Assembly: GCA_963771465.1 (NCBI GenBank)
Contig: CAVYTU010000005.1
Coordinates: 59,957 to 123,956, forward strand
From: an uncultured delta proteobacterium
GTDB taxonomy: Bacteria; Desulfobacterota; Binatia; UBA9968
DNA: 64,000 bases
Reading direction: 5' to 3'
A model generated the notes under the pieces. It ran no database searches. It was not told the origin of the DNA and worked only from the letters and a program-made list of their open reading frames with translations. This document shows positions 10,175 to 20,304 of this stretch, piece after piece (positions within the stretch are counted from its first letter, which is position 1; every line of letters begins with the position of its first letter). Position numbers and translations under genes: made by a program.

Positions 10175-10906
10175 TCAACGGCTGCGCAACGCGAGTGGGG
10201 CGAGTTGGCTGGCGAGATTGCCGGCGGTGATGACCGTGCGCGGCGATACCGGGACAGCGGCTGCTTCCAACACCTCGGCGACCCACGTGTTGCAGGTCCG
10301 CAAGAGGCTAAATTTCGGCGTTGCCGGATAAAACCGACTGTGGGGATAAAGGCCCGGTGCCGCCGGCGCGCGGTTGGCGCCTTGGGCTCGAAGAAAAGTT
10401 TTTGACAGCGATTCCACCAATCGATTGAATGCGCCGAGGGATAATCTGAGTTCGATAATCTCTGCGCCGCGGTAGGCTTGCTCCAGTGTGCCGCTGAAGC
10501 CAACCAAGTGAATCACGCTGCCGCTGGACCACAGGGCTGCTTTGATGGCGGCAAAGAATCCTGAGTGGGGATCGGGAAAGTAATCCTGGTCGCCCCAACT
10601 AAATTCGATGAATTCCGCGCCGGGGAAGTCAGCCGATTCCGGGAGCTCAGCCGGAGCGATATCATTTTTACTGAGCACAATGGCCGCGTGCCACGAGTCG
10701 TGTACGATGAAGAGTGATTTGCACGACGGTTTTTCGGCTTCACAGGACCAATCCGCCCAAACCTCCGTTGAAAACAGCAGCAGCCACAGCGTGAGAATCC
10801 CCATGACGGAGAACGCTGCAATCGGTCGATCGCGCCAAGCCACGCTTCCAGATAGCCCGCGAGCCGCCGTGAAAGCAATCTCCTCGGCGGTTTCGTCCGG
10901 GCTCAT
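10175..10906 (-). CDS. DUF2459-family protein
   Basis: WHAAIV, EFSWGDQDYF and RTCNTWVA motifs. Confidence 0.75.
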   Translation of the reverse strand: MSPDETAEEIAFTAARGLSGSVAWRDRPIAAFSVMGILTLWLLLFSTEVWADWSCEAEKPSCKSLFIVHDSWHAAIVLSKNDIAPAELPESADFPGAEFIEFSWGDQDYFPDPHSGFFAAIKAALWSSGSVIHLVGFSGTLEQAYRGAEIIELRLSLGAFNRLVESLSKTFLRAQGANRAPAAPGLYPHSRFYPATPKFSLLRTCNTWVAEVLEAAAVPVSPRTVITAGNLASQLAPLALRSR

Positions 10907-11039
10907 TGCGAGCGTTACACACTTGGCCTTGATTCCGATGATTCATTGGATGGCGGGCAAAAGACCGAAGTGCTGCGCCTTAACCATGGACCGGTTTTGC
11001 CGAGGGCGAGCCGTCCGAAGAAATGGCCTCGCTGCAAGG

Positions 11040-11239
11040 TCGTCTTTGAGATCGCGCACGCATTTCTTGTAGAACGCCGACGACATAATTTCGATCGCTT
11101 CGAAGCCGGCTTGGTCGAGCCGCTCGGCGATCGGCAACATCACGCCCGTGCGCATGTTGGAAGCCCACAGGCTGAGCTGGCCGTCGCGCAGCGTCGTGTC
11201 GACGAAAAAGATTTTGCCGCCGTGATTGGCTTCCTTCAT
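11040..11239 (-). pseudogene. Truncated N-terminal fragment of pyruvate carboxylase subunit B / oxaloacetate decarboxylase alpha (DRE-TIM)
   Basis: FVDTTLRDGQLSLWASNM...LDQAGFEAIE...KKCVRDLKDD, then similarity ends. Confidence 0.75.
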
Positions 11240-11254
11240 GGTTTCAAGAAAGCG

Positions 11255-11323
11255 ATGGGCGTGATGGAATTCTGGAGTGTTGGAGTCATGGGTTGCCGAA
11301 ACTCCAATTCTCTATCACGCCAA
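11255..11323. repeat. Family A TGGAGT 8-mer hairpin, copy 2
   Basis: TGGAATTC TGGAGTGT TGGAGTCA ... ACTCCAATTCTCTATCACGCCA. Confidence 0.8.
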
Positions 11324-11328
11324 TTCTT

Positions 11329-11658
11329 TTAGTCGAGGTTGACGTAGAGCCTGATCCAGTTTGTCGGCGTGGCTGTGTGGCCCTGACCGGTGGTGTCTTC
11401 GGCGAGAAAAACGTCGCCGGGATAAAAAGTTTTGCTGCTGCCGTCGCCCACACCGATGGTGACGCTGCCGGTGAGCGTTACCACCCACCGGCGCCTTGGC
11501 GCGCGGTGAAAGTTGACGATATGCGGCGCGAAGTCGTCGCGAAATAAATGGCTTGTCGCAGGCTTGGTCTCGTTTAAAAATGGCGCCGCTTTGGCCCCAT
11601 CCAATTCCTCGAAATGCGATTGGCCGTCAGCACCGGCATAGAGTCGATAGAACTGCAT
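11329..11658 (-). CDS. Small cupin protein (paralog of 34001-34330)
   Basis: DGQSHFEE, HRAPRRRW, PGDVFLAEDTTGQGH. Confidence 0.8.
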   Translation of the reverse strand: MQFYRLYAGADGQSHFEELDGAKAAPFLNETKPATSHLFRDDFAPHIVNFHRAPRRRWVVTLTGSVTIGVGDGSSKTFYPGDVFLAEDTTGQGHTATPTNWIRLYVNLD

Positions 11659-11765
11659 CGTTGTCCCTCCAGCAAAATTGCTGCTGAATCTGTAACATCA
11701 AAGCGCGCCGCCGTGCCAGCGGTGAAGAGAATTCGATGGGAAAAGTTAAGTGGAGGGATAGTGTA

Positions 11766-11798
11766 CGGGAAGAGGCGGCAGGTCGCCGCATCTTCCCG
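11766..11798 (-). terminator. GC-rich hairpin downstream of small ORF
   Basis: CGGGAAGA-GGCGGC...GCCGC-ATCTTCCCG; no clear U-tract. Confidence 0.4.
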
Positions 11799-11813
11799 GC
11801 AGTCTTTAGCCTG

Positions 11814-11918
11814 TTAAGAAAGGAAAGTGGACTGAAATACGCCCCAAAGGGTGTAAGCCACCGTCAGCCCCATGGTGCCCCAGATGATGAGTTTTAACCA
11901 AATCGGAAAGTCTTCCAT
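11814..11918 (-). CDS. 34-aa single-TM small protein
   Basis: GAGGAG SD before ATG 11918; MEDFPIWLKLIIWGTMGLTVAYTLWGVFQSTFLS. Confidence 0.6.
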   Translation of the reverse strand: MEDFPIWLKLIIWGTMGLTVAYTLWGVFQSTFLS

Positions 11919-12042
11919 GTTGATCTCCTCGGAAAGCGCTGCGCGCACTCCTGTTCTGTATGACTTGAGATGAGCGGTAACGTCTCGCGCAGCCATAGGA
12001 GCGAGACGAACCTCAGCTAAGGTCGGCGGCGGGATAGGAAAA

Positions 12043-12354
12043 TTAGATGCGCCAAACGGCGTGCCACTCAAAGATCGGCACGCTGTGGCGATGGGAATGT
12101 TGCGGTTGGTACAGACTCGTGACGAATGCTAACTCTACGAGTCGCTCAAGCGCTGGTGCCGCTGCCGCGATCGCGCTCAGGAAAAGAACGCTGTGATCGG
12201 TGTCATCGCATTCCGCGTATTCGGTCAGCCTGCTCGGTTGAGCGGCGACAACCATTGACCGGATGCCGTGTTGATTGGCGCTGAGCAGCGCGCTTTGGTT
12301 AACGGCAGCGAAAGCGAAAAGTAAAGCTATGACGACGCGACCCATAATTGACAA
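12043..12354 (-). CDS. Hypothetical exported/leader-like protein with His-rich C-terminus
   Basis: Hydrophobic N-terminus; C-terminal HSHRHSVPIFEWHAVWRI. Confidence 0.45.
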   Translation of the reverse strand: MSIMGRVVIALLFAFAAVNQSALLSANQHGIRSMVVAAQPSRLTEYAECDDTDHSVLFLSAIAAAAPALERLVELAFVTSLYQPQHSHRHSVPIFEWHAVWRI

Positions 12355-12423
12355 CGGACCGCTCGACTATAGCAGTCGTACAAAATGCCGCAACGGCATG
12401 GAACCTAGCGCGGCCACCGCCGC

Positions 12424-13908
12424 TCACAGCGGCGTGACGCTCGCCGGCGGCTTGCGGTGACGGGTCGTCTGCTCGTAGGCATAGGCGAACTTGATCATAT
12501 TGCCGTCGTCATAGGGCCTGCCGAGAAAAGTGATGCCCGCCGGCAAATTGTCGCGGGTAAAACCGGCCGGCACGGCCACCGATGGCACGTAAATCAAAAA
12601 GGTATTGATATGGGGCGCGCCTTTTTGATCGACGTAGGGCGGATTGACCCCATCCTTGATCAAGGTCGGTTGGTGTTCGACGGATTTATGGACGATGGCG
12701 TCGAGTCTAAGATCGGCCATGACCTTGAGCAGGTTGGTCATCAGTTCTTCTTTGGCTTTCAAATATTCATAGTGTGCTTCGGCCGTAGCGTTGCGCGCCC
12801 AGCGCTCACGCGAGCCTTTGACGACTCTCTGAAAGTCGGCAGACAGCATCGCTTCGGCGCGGGATCGATACGGCTGTTGCTTGCTCCGCCCGAGAAAGTT
12901 TCGGAAGCCTTCTTCATCGTCGGTGAAGCTGCCGGCTCGTTTGGCGAGTAACGCTTTCAAGTTTGGGATGACCACCGGATCGACGACCGCCGCACCGGCT
13001 TTCGTTAGCTCGGCAACGGCTTTGTCGAAGACTTCAGTAATCTTGTTGAAGTCCGCCGAGCCCGGTTCGGCGTCGTAGCCCATGGACTCGCGCAAAATAC
13101 CGATGCGCGCGCCTTTCAGTCCGTCGGCGTCGAGAAATCTTGTGAAGGTATCCGGAACCCGACCGACGCCCCGCGCCGTCACGGGATCGTCGGCATCGTA
13201 GCCGACCATGATGTCCAACAGCTTTGCCAAATCTGTGACCGTACGGGCCATCGGGCCAAGCGAGCCGTTGACTGATGGCCAGCCGGCGTAGACGCCGCTG
13301 CGGCTGACGAAGCCGGCTGTTGGCCGCATGCCTGAGACGCCGTTCCACGTCGACGGCCGGCGGATCGAGGCGAAGCCTTCTTGACCGACGGCGACCGTGC
13401 AGAAATTCGCCGACACGCTGGCGCCCGAGCCGCCCGATGAACCGCCGGCGGTGCGTTCGAGGTCGTAGGGATTTTTCGTCGAACCGAACAGCGATCCATG
13501 AGTGTCGCCGCCGCCGAGCTCGCCGAGTGTCGCTTTGGCGAGAATGATGGCGCCGGCTTTTTTCAATTTATCGACGACGAAGGCATCGCGATCGGGATAA
13601 TAATCTTTGAACAAGAGTGAGCCGAGCGTGGTCGGCATCGGCGTGGCGTCGCCTTGATCTTTCATGATGATCGGGATGCCGTGCAGCGGACCGACAAAGC
13701 CTGATGCTTTGAACGCCGCGTCGAGGCGCCCGGCTTCTTCGAGGGCGCCGGGATTGAGCGAGATGATCGCATTGATCGCCGGCCCTTTTTTGTCGTAGGC
13801 CTCGATGCGGTCGAGATACATCTGCACCAGTTGGCGGCAAGTAAGCTCGCCGGATTTGAAAGCCGCGTGGACTTGTTCGATGGTGGTTTCTAGAATATTG
13901 AATGCCAT
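12424..13908 (-). CDS. Amidase signature (GatA-like) family protein
   Basis: GPLHGIPIIMKD, GGSSGGSG, GQEGFASIRRPS. Confidence 0.9.
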   Translation of the reverse strand: MAFNILETTIEQVHAAFKSGELTCRQLVQMYLDRIEAYDKKGPAINAIISLNPGALEEAGRLDAAFKASGFVGPLHGIPIIMKDQGDATPMPTTLGSLLFKDYYPDRDAFVVDKLKKAGAIILAKATLGELGGGDTHGSLFGSTKNPYDLERTAGGSSGGSGASVSANFCTVAVGQEGFASIRRPSTWNGVSGMRPTAGFVSRSGVYAGWPSVNGSLGPMARTVTDLAKLLDIMVGYDADDPVTARGVGRVPDTFTRFLDADGLKGARIGILRESMGYDAEPGSADFNKITEVFDKAVAELTKAGAAVVDPVVIPNLKALLAKRAGSFTDDEEGFRNFLGRSKQQPYRSRAEAMLSADFQRVVKGSRERWARNATAEAHYEYLKAKEELMTNLLKVMADLRLDAIVHKSVEHQPTLIKDGVNPPYVDQKGAPHINTFLIYVPSVAVPAGFTRDNLPAGITFLGRPYDDGNMIKFAYAYEQTTRHRKPPASVTPL

Positions 13909-14028
13909 TGTCGGAACTCCTGTTTTGATTCTGTTTAACTACTTCAGCGGTTGGCCAATGTCCAGTTGAGCGCAGCGCCCCAGCGCTCTGTGGGTTGGCC
14001 AGGAGAGCATGATTAGCGGCTGGAGTAG

Positions 14029-14703
14029 TTGCGAACCAGCGAGTGGAGAAGGTTGCCTCCAATCACGATAAGACGCCTTACGGTGAATCGTCAATCCGAG
14101 CGAGTTGTGTGGAACGCGATTGGCGAGCTTTGTTGCCGCACCGGCGATAATGGCGCGCCGATCGCGCCCCAGCGTTGGCGGCTTTTTGCTAGAATATGGA
14201 TCGAGCCCTACGAAAAACAGCTGCCCGATTGGACCTATGTCGCCGAGGCGGACGGCGAAGTAATCGGTTATCTCACCGGCTGCCCTGATAGCCAAAAATT
14301 TGCCCGGCAAAACTTTTGGCGTTGCACGCTGCCGTTGCTCGTTGAGATTTTTATGGGCCGCTTTCGCGGCCAGGCCGACGCGCGCGCCTTCGCCCGGCGC
14401 GCGCTTGGCCTGACGCCTAGCGTCGAGCGCTGTTTTCCCAGTCACGTGCGCCAGCGGATTCGCTCCGCTTACCCGGCCCATCTGCACATTAACGTGGACG
14501 CGCAATGGCGTGGCAGCGGCATTGGGCGGCGATTATGCCAGGCGTTCTTTGCCGATGTGCGGGCACAGGGCATTGCCGGGATCCATCTTTATTGCGGCGC
14601 CGATCCCCTGAAGTTTTATCTCCGGCTCGGCTTTGACGAGCTTTCGTTTATGCGCTTGGGTGGCGTGGCGGTACATTTGTTGGGGCTCAAGATTCAAACG
14701 TAA
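14029..14703 (+). CDS. GNAT-family acetyltransferase
   Basis: VIGYLTG, YPAHLHINV...WRGSGIGRRL, FYLRLGF; start uncertain. Confidence 0.8.
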   Translation: MRTSEWRRLPPITIRRLTVNRQSERVVWNAIGELCCRTGDNGAPIAPQRWRLFARIWIEPYEKQLPDWTYVAEADGEVIGYLTGCPDSQKFARQNFWRCTLPLLVEIFMGRFRGQADARAFARRALGLTPSVERCFPSHVRQRIRSAYPAHLHINVDAQWRGSGIGRRLCQAFFADVRAQGIAGIHLYCGADPLKFYLRLGFDELSFMRLGGVAVHLLGLKIQT

Positions 14704-14782
14704 GCTGGCTTAACCTTGACGATGGTGCCGGCCTTCAATAGAGTTCGCACGCAGTAACGCAGCTGGAAGTTGAGACGTAGAC

Positions 14783-16689
14783 GTGGCTGATGTCCGCAAT
14801 AAAAAATTTCGCATCTCGCTGAAAATCAAGCTCAGTTTACTCATCACCTTGCTGATCGTCCTTTCGGTTGGGCTGGTCGGTGATTATCTTTTGGACGAAG
14901 CGACCAAGAGTTTGCGCTACGAGATGACCAAACGCGGCTTAACCATCGCCAATAATTTGGCGGCGAGCGCAAGAAACGCCCTGGTGACCCACGATGACCT
15001 CACGCTCAGTCTCTTGGTCAGGGACGCCCTCAAAGACGAAGACGTCGCCTACGTCGTGTTTGCCGACGATGATGGCAAAGTGGTCGCCCATGGCGATCTC
15101 AATTTTGTCGGCCGCAAGCTCGATCGGCCCAAAGAGTTAAAGCCGCTGGCGAACCAGCTGTTGGTGCAAAACTACGACGACGCCAAGGGCGGTGAGGTCT
15201 CGATTTCGCCGTACCGCTGGAGTTTAGCAAAGTCCGGCTCGGCGCGCTTTATCTCGGCTTCAGCGACCGTGGTATTCGCAGCACTGTCGATCGCTCGCGC
15301 AATCAAACCATCTGGATCACCGGCCTGATGATTCTCGGCGGCATCACCGGCGCCGTGGGCTTGTCGATTGTTCTAACCAAGCCACTGCTGAAACTCGCGC
15401 AAGGGACCAAAAGCATTGCGGCGGGAAATTTTGACGTGACCCTGCCGATCGCGGCGCGCGACGAGATCGGCGATCTCACCGATTCGTTCAATGAAATGGC
15501 CAAGAGCCTGCGCGAAAAGGAAAAGATCAAGCACGCTTTCAGCAGTTACGTGGCGCGCCAGGTGGTCGAGGAAATTCTTAAAAACCCCGACAGTATCGTG
15601 GTCAGCGGCGAACGCCGGGACGTGACGGTGATTTTTTGCGACATGCGCGGCTTTACCACGCTCGCGGAGCGGCTACCGCCGGAAGAGGTCGTCAGCGCGC
15701 TCAATGAATTTTATAACTTGATGATCGACGCTACCGTCAAGCATGACGGCTATATCAACAAGTTTCTCGGCGATGCGGTGATGGCGATCTTCGGCGCGCC
15801 GACGCACTATGCCGATCATTGCCTGCGCGCGGTGAGAACCGCCGTGTCGATGCAGGTACGCGTCGCTGAGCTGAGCACGCGCCGGGTCATGGCCGGCAAT
15901 TACAACGGGACGCCAAGTTTGACGCCGGGCCAGACCATCGTCATACCGAAACAGCAATGGAATCCTTCCGGCATCACGTCGAACGGCTACCAACTGGTGC
16001 CGATCCTCGTCTATCACGATGTCGCGCCCCAGGCCAAAGGGCGGATGATCATTGGCGCCAAGGGTTTCGAGGCGCAGATGCGTTATCTCAAGGCGCAGGG
16101 CTACCGGGTGATCAATCTGAGAGAGTTCGTCGAGTTTGTCTCGCTGCAGCGCCAACTGCCAAAAAAGAGCGTGTTAATCACGTTCGACGATGGCTATCGC
16201 TCGTTTTCACGCTACGCTTACCCGGTTTTGAAAGAGCTTGGCTTTTCCGCGACGCTATTTATTTACACCGATTATATCGGCGCGGGTGGCAATGCATTTA
16301 CTTGGCCGGAGCTAAAGAAGCTTTCGGATGAAGGGTTTCCCGTCCAAGCGCACTCGAAGAGCCATGGCGATATGGTGCGAGCGGGTGGCGAGCCCGCAGG
16401 GGAATATGAAAAGCGGCTTGAAGCGGAACTCGTGCAGCCCAAAGCGTTGTTCCAAAAATATCTCGGCTACGCGCCCGACATTATTGCCTATCCCTACGGC
16501 CGACAGGACGACGCCGTCGCGCGGCGGACTAAGGATCGAGGTTATAGCGCGGCGTTCACGGTGCGGCGGCAGGGCAGCCAATCCTTCGTCGATCCGCACC
16601 GAATCCACCGGATCCAAATCTATCCCGAAATGAGCATGGATGAGTTCGTCAAGAGCCTCAGTCTATTTAGTCAGGAGGCGATTAAATGA
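14783..16689 (+). CDS. Membrane sensor-HAMP-class III cyclase (truncated) fused in frame to partial LysM and NodB polysaccharide deacetylase; frameshift near 15199
   Basis: RDEIGDLTDSFNEM (HAMP); VTVIFCDMRGFT and KFLGDAVMAIFGAP (cyclase N-half); LTPGQTIVIP (LysM end); TFDDG, HSKSH, AYPYG (NodB). Confidence 0.75.
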
Positions 16690-17816
16690 CGCTTCGTGAT
16701 TGCTGTCATATTCTCCTCCTGGCGTGCTGCCTCACGCTCGCAAGCTGCACCGCAGTACAACAGGATGGACCGGGACGATCATCGGCTTTGGAAGCGTTGA
16801 TCGCGCCGCAGCGCGACAAAGCGGCGGCGCTGGCGGCGCAGGGCGATTTACGGGGAGCCAGCGAAGCTTGGAAGGTTGTATTGACCATCGATCCCAGGGA
16901 CGCAGTCGCATTGGCGGAAAGCAAAAGTCTCGCTGAGCGCATACAGCAGGCGATCGCCGAGCGCATGGCGCGTGGACGGGAAGCGCTCAAACGCAACGTC
17001 CATCTCGAAGCGCGCGGCCACTTTCTCGCCGTGCTGGCCATGAACCCCGGCCACAAAGAAGCCTTCGACGCGTTGCAAACCCAAGTGCGCGAAGTGCGGC
17101 AATTGAATCATACCGTGCGCGCGGGCGAGTCGCTGGCGTCCATCGCGCAATTTTATTACGGCGACCGGGTGCGCTCTGAAGTCATTTGGGAAACCAACCA
17201 GTTGCCCGTCAATCCGAAACTTTCACCCGGCATGGTGCTGAAGATTCCCGAGATACCAGGCTTACCATTCGGGCGGCAAGATACGCCGCAGCCTGGCAAA
17301 GCGGCGCCGTCGGTCGCGCCGATCCCAGGCGCTAAGCCGGAGGCGAGCGAAGGCGAATTGTACGCGAATCCGGCGCTGGCCGATGCCAAGGAAGCTTCTG
17401 AACGAGGCGATTATGTATTGGCGTTAGCGACCATCGATCGTTTTCTCGGGCAAAATCCGCGCAGCGGCGATGCCGCGGAGTTAAAACGATCGGTCTTGTT
17501 TCAGCAGGGAAAGAGCTTGTTTGACCAGAATAAGTTTGTCGATGCCATGAACGCGCTCAATCAATTGTTGAAGCTGAGCCCGAAAGATAGTGGCGCGACG
17601 GCCCTGCTGACCAACGTGCGCGGCCGCTTGGTGCAGGAACACTACAATCAAGGCATCCGGCTTTTTCGTGAAGAGAAACTTCAGCCGGCGATCGGTGAAT
17701 GGCGCAGTGTTTTGCGATACGATCCCAGCCACGAAGCCGCCAAGCGCAACATCGATCAAGCCGAACGGCTGCTCAGGGGTTTGCAAGAGCGTCAGCAAAA
17801 GCAGAGCGTTAAATAA
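16686..17816 (+). CDS. LysM and TPR lipoprotein
   Basis: LASC lipobox; HTVRAGESLASIAQFYYG...LSPGMVLKIP LysM; TPR-like helices. Confidence 0.8.
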   Translation: MTLRDCCHILLLACCLTLASCTAVQQDGPGRSSALEALIAPQRDKAAALAAQGDLRGASEAWKVVLTIDPRDAVALAESKSLAERIQQAIAERMARGREALKRNVHLEARGHFLAVLAMNPGHKEAFDALQTQVREVRQLNHTVRAGESLASIAQFYYGDRVRSEVIWETNQLPVNPKLSPGMVLKIPEIPGLPFGRQDTPQPGKAAPSVAPIPGAKPEASEGELYANPALADAKEASERGDYVLALATIDRFLGQNPRSGDAAELKRSVLFQQGKSLFDQNKFVDAMNALNQLLKLSPKDSGATALLTNVRGRLVQEHYNQGIRLFREEKLQPAIGEWRSVLRYDPSHEAAKRNIDQAERLLRGLQERQQKQSVK

Positions 17817-17828
17817 TCTTGCTTCGTC

Positions 17829-18710
17829 TCACGGTTTATCGTCTTCCAGGGTCAAAAAATCGCGCTCGATTTTTTGCCAGCCGTCTAAATCAACGACGCG
17901 ATCGCGTTCTTTGAACGTGGTCAGCGCCGCATCGATCGACTCGGTAGTGCCGTCCCGTTTGAGCGTGCTGAGCGCGCTGCGCATGGCGTAAATTCCCGCC
18001 CGTTGAGTTTCCGAAGGATAGATGGCGATGCGATAGCCGATTTTTTCCAAGCGTTCGACCGGCAGCATGGGCGTTTTGCCGCCTTTGAACACGTTGACCA
18101 GCAGCGGGATATTGGGAATTTGCCGGGGAATCTCCGCCAACTCTTCTTCCGACTGCGGCGCTTCGATAAAGATCGCATCGACGCCGAGTTTGGCGAAGGC
18201 TTGGCCGCGTTTGATCGCGTCGTCAAAGCCATGGACGCCGCGGGCGTCGGTGCGGGCGATGATGCCGAAATCGGCATCGCTGCGATTGGCCAGCGCGGCT
18301 TTGAGTTTCTGCAGCATCTCGTCGAGCGGAATAACTTCTTTGCCGTCCAAGTGGCCGCAGCGTTTGGGCGTGATCTGATCTTCGATGTGAATTGCGGCGA
18401 CGCCGGCGCGCTCGAAGGCGCGCACGGTGCGGACGAGATTAACCGCGTTGCCGTAGCCGGTATCGGCGTCAGCGATGATCGGAATAGAGATCACGGAAGC
18501 CACTTGGGCGGCGCGTTCGATGTTTTCCGACATCGTCACCAGGCCGATGTCGGGTATGCCCATGCTGCGGGCGACGGCGCCGCCGCTTAAATACGCGGCT
18601 TCGAAGCCGGCTTCTTGAACGAGCCGGGCGGACAGACCGTCGAAGCAGCCGGGAGCGACGAGTAATTTGTTGCGCTTGAGTAGTTGCTTGAGGGTTTGGC
18701 GTGGACTCAT
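17829..18710 (-). CDS. prpB: Methylisocitrate lyase / ICL-PEP mutase family
   Basis: DADTGYG, IEDQ...KRCGH, IIARTDA; downstream of prpC-prpD. Confidence 0.75.
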   Translation of the reverse strand: MSPRQTLKQLLKRNKLLVAPGCFDGLSARLVQEAGFEAAYLSGGAVARSMGIPDIGLVTMSENIERAAQVASVISIPIIADADTGYGNAVNLVRTVRAFERAGVAAIHIEDQITPKRCGHLDGKEVIPLDEMLQKLKAALANRSDADFGIIARTDARGVHGFDDAIKRGQAFAKLGVDAIFIEAPQSEEELAEIPRQIPNIPLLVNVFKGGKTPMLPVERLEKIGYRIAIYPSETQRAGIYAMRSALSTLKRDGTTESIDAALTTFKERDRVVDLDGWQKIERDFLTLEDDKP

Positions 18711-18755
18711 GTTTTACCTCAGCTTAGTTAAAGGGATGGTTGTCTTTCATTTCCG

Positions 18756-18785
18756 CCGTACAGGACGGTGGCGACCGGCGCCTAC
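18756..18785 (-). repeat. REP-like GTAG element overlapping the prpD stop
   Basis: GTAGGCGCCGGTCGCCACCGTCCTGTACGG on the minus strand. Confidence 0.5.
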
Positions 18786-20217
18786 ATTTTCAACGCAAAC
18801 ATGTCCGTAAACCGATCGACCGGTGTAGCGTCGAGCGCCGTCGAATCATTGCATAAGCGCATAATCGCCTCGCACTGCTGTGGGGCGAAGCGCGAGGCTA
18901 AGTTCGCTGCGAACTTCTGCACCAACAGCGGCATGCCTTCGGCGCGGCGGCGGCGGTGGCCGATGGGATATTCGACGGCGACATTATCCGTCGACGTGCC
19001 GTCTTTGAAGAAAACTTGCACCGCGTTGGCGATGGAGCGTTTGTCGGCGTCGAGATATTCCTTCGTATAGCGTGGCTCTTCGACGCAGGTCATTTTGGCG
19101 CGCAGCGCATCAATGCGCGGATCATTGGCGACATCGTTTTCATAGTGATCGGCGGTTAATTCGCCGAAGATCAAACCAATGGCGGTCATGTATTGAATGC
19201 AATGGTCGCGGTCGGCGGGATTATGCAGCGGCCCGGATTTGTCGATGATACGGATCGCCGATTCCTGCGTGCTGATGATGACTTTGTCGATCTCTTCTAG
19301 CCGATGTTTGACCCGTTCGTGCAACTGAATCGCGCACTCGACGGCGGTTTGCGCATGAAACTCCGCGGGGAAGGAGATTTTGAACAGCACGTTCTCCATT
19401 ACATACGAACCTAAAAGCCGCCCCATGGTGAATGGCTTGCCGTGAAACAGCACGTCGTAGTAACCCCAAGTTTTGGCGGTCAGCGCGGATGGATAACCCA
19501 TCTCGCCTTGCATCGCCATCAGCGCCAATCGCACGCCGCGGCTGGTGGCGTCGCCGGCAGCCCAGGATTTTCTCGGCCCGGTGTTGGGCGCATGGCGATA
19601 GACGCGCAGTGCGCCGCCGTCGGTCCAAGCGTTGGACAGTGCGCTGATGATTTGCTCCATGCTCCCGCTAAGCATGGCGGTGGCCATTGCGCTGGTCGCG
19701 ACGCGGACGAGTAACACGTGATCCAAGCCGACCCGATTGTAACTGTTTTCCAGCGCCAGAATGCCTTGGATCTCGTGCGCCTTGATCATCGCTCGGAGCA
19801 CGTCGCGTATCGTGAATGCTTTCTGTTTGTTGCGCGTGAGATAGTCGGCGAGGGCCAGAATGCCGCCGAGATTGTCCGACGGATGGCCCCATTCGGCGGC
19901 GAGCCAGGCGTCGTTGAAGTCCAACCAGCGAATCATCGCGCCAATGTTGAACGCCGCGTGCACCGGGTCGAGCTGCCAGTCGGTCCCCGGCACGCGCGCG
20001 CCATTCGCTAGCACCGCGCCGGGAACGACGGGGCCGAGATGCTTGGCGCATTCCGGATAGCGCAGAGCGAGCAAGCCGCAGCCCAGCGTGTCGAGCAAAT
20101 CGTAACGCGCGGTGTCGAGCGCTTCTTGCTGGTCGGCACGTAGTTGGCCGCGTAGTCGGCGAGATCGACTAATATCTTGTCCGGTTTGGGACGAATGTTT
20201 GAGACTTCTCCGCTCAT
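18782..20217 (-). CDS. prpD: 2-methylcitrate dehydratase, frameshift near 20125
   Basis: [54 protein letters not shown]. Confidence 0.95.
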
Positions 20218-20232
20218 GATGCCACTCAAAGC

Positions 20233-20293
20233 GTTCAAGGGTTCAAGAGTTCAATCAGGGCAAGAGACATTGAATTTTTGAACCCGTGAACTT
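20233..20293. repeat. GTTCAA/TTGAAC 8-mer hairpin (family B)
   Basis: GTTCAAGG GTTCAAGA GTTCAATC ... TTGAATTT TTGAACCC GTGAACTT between prpC and prpD. Confidence 0.8.
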
Positions 20294-20304
20294 TGCACGA
20301 AGGT

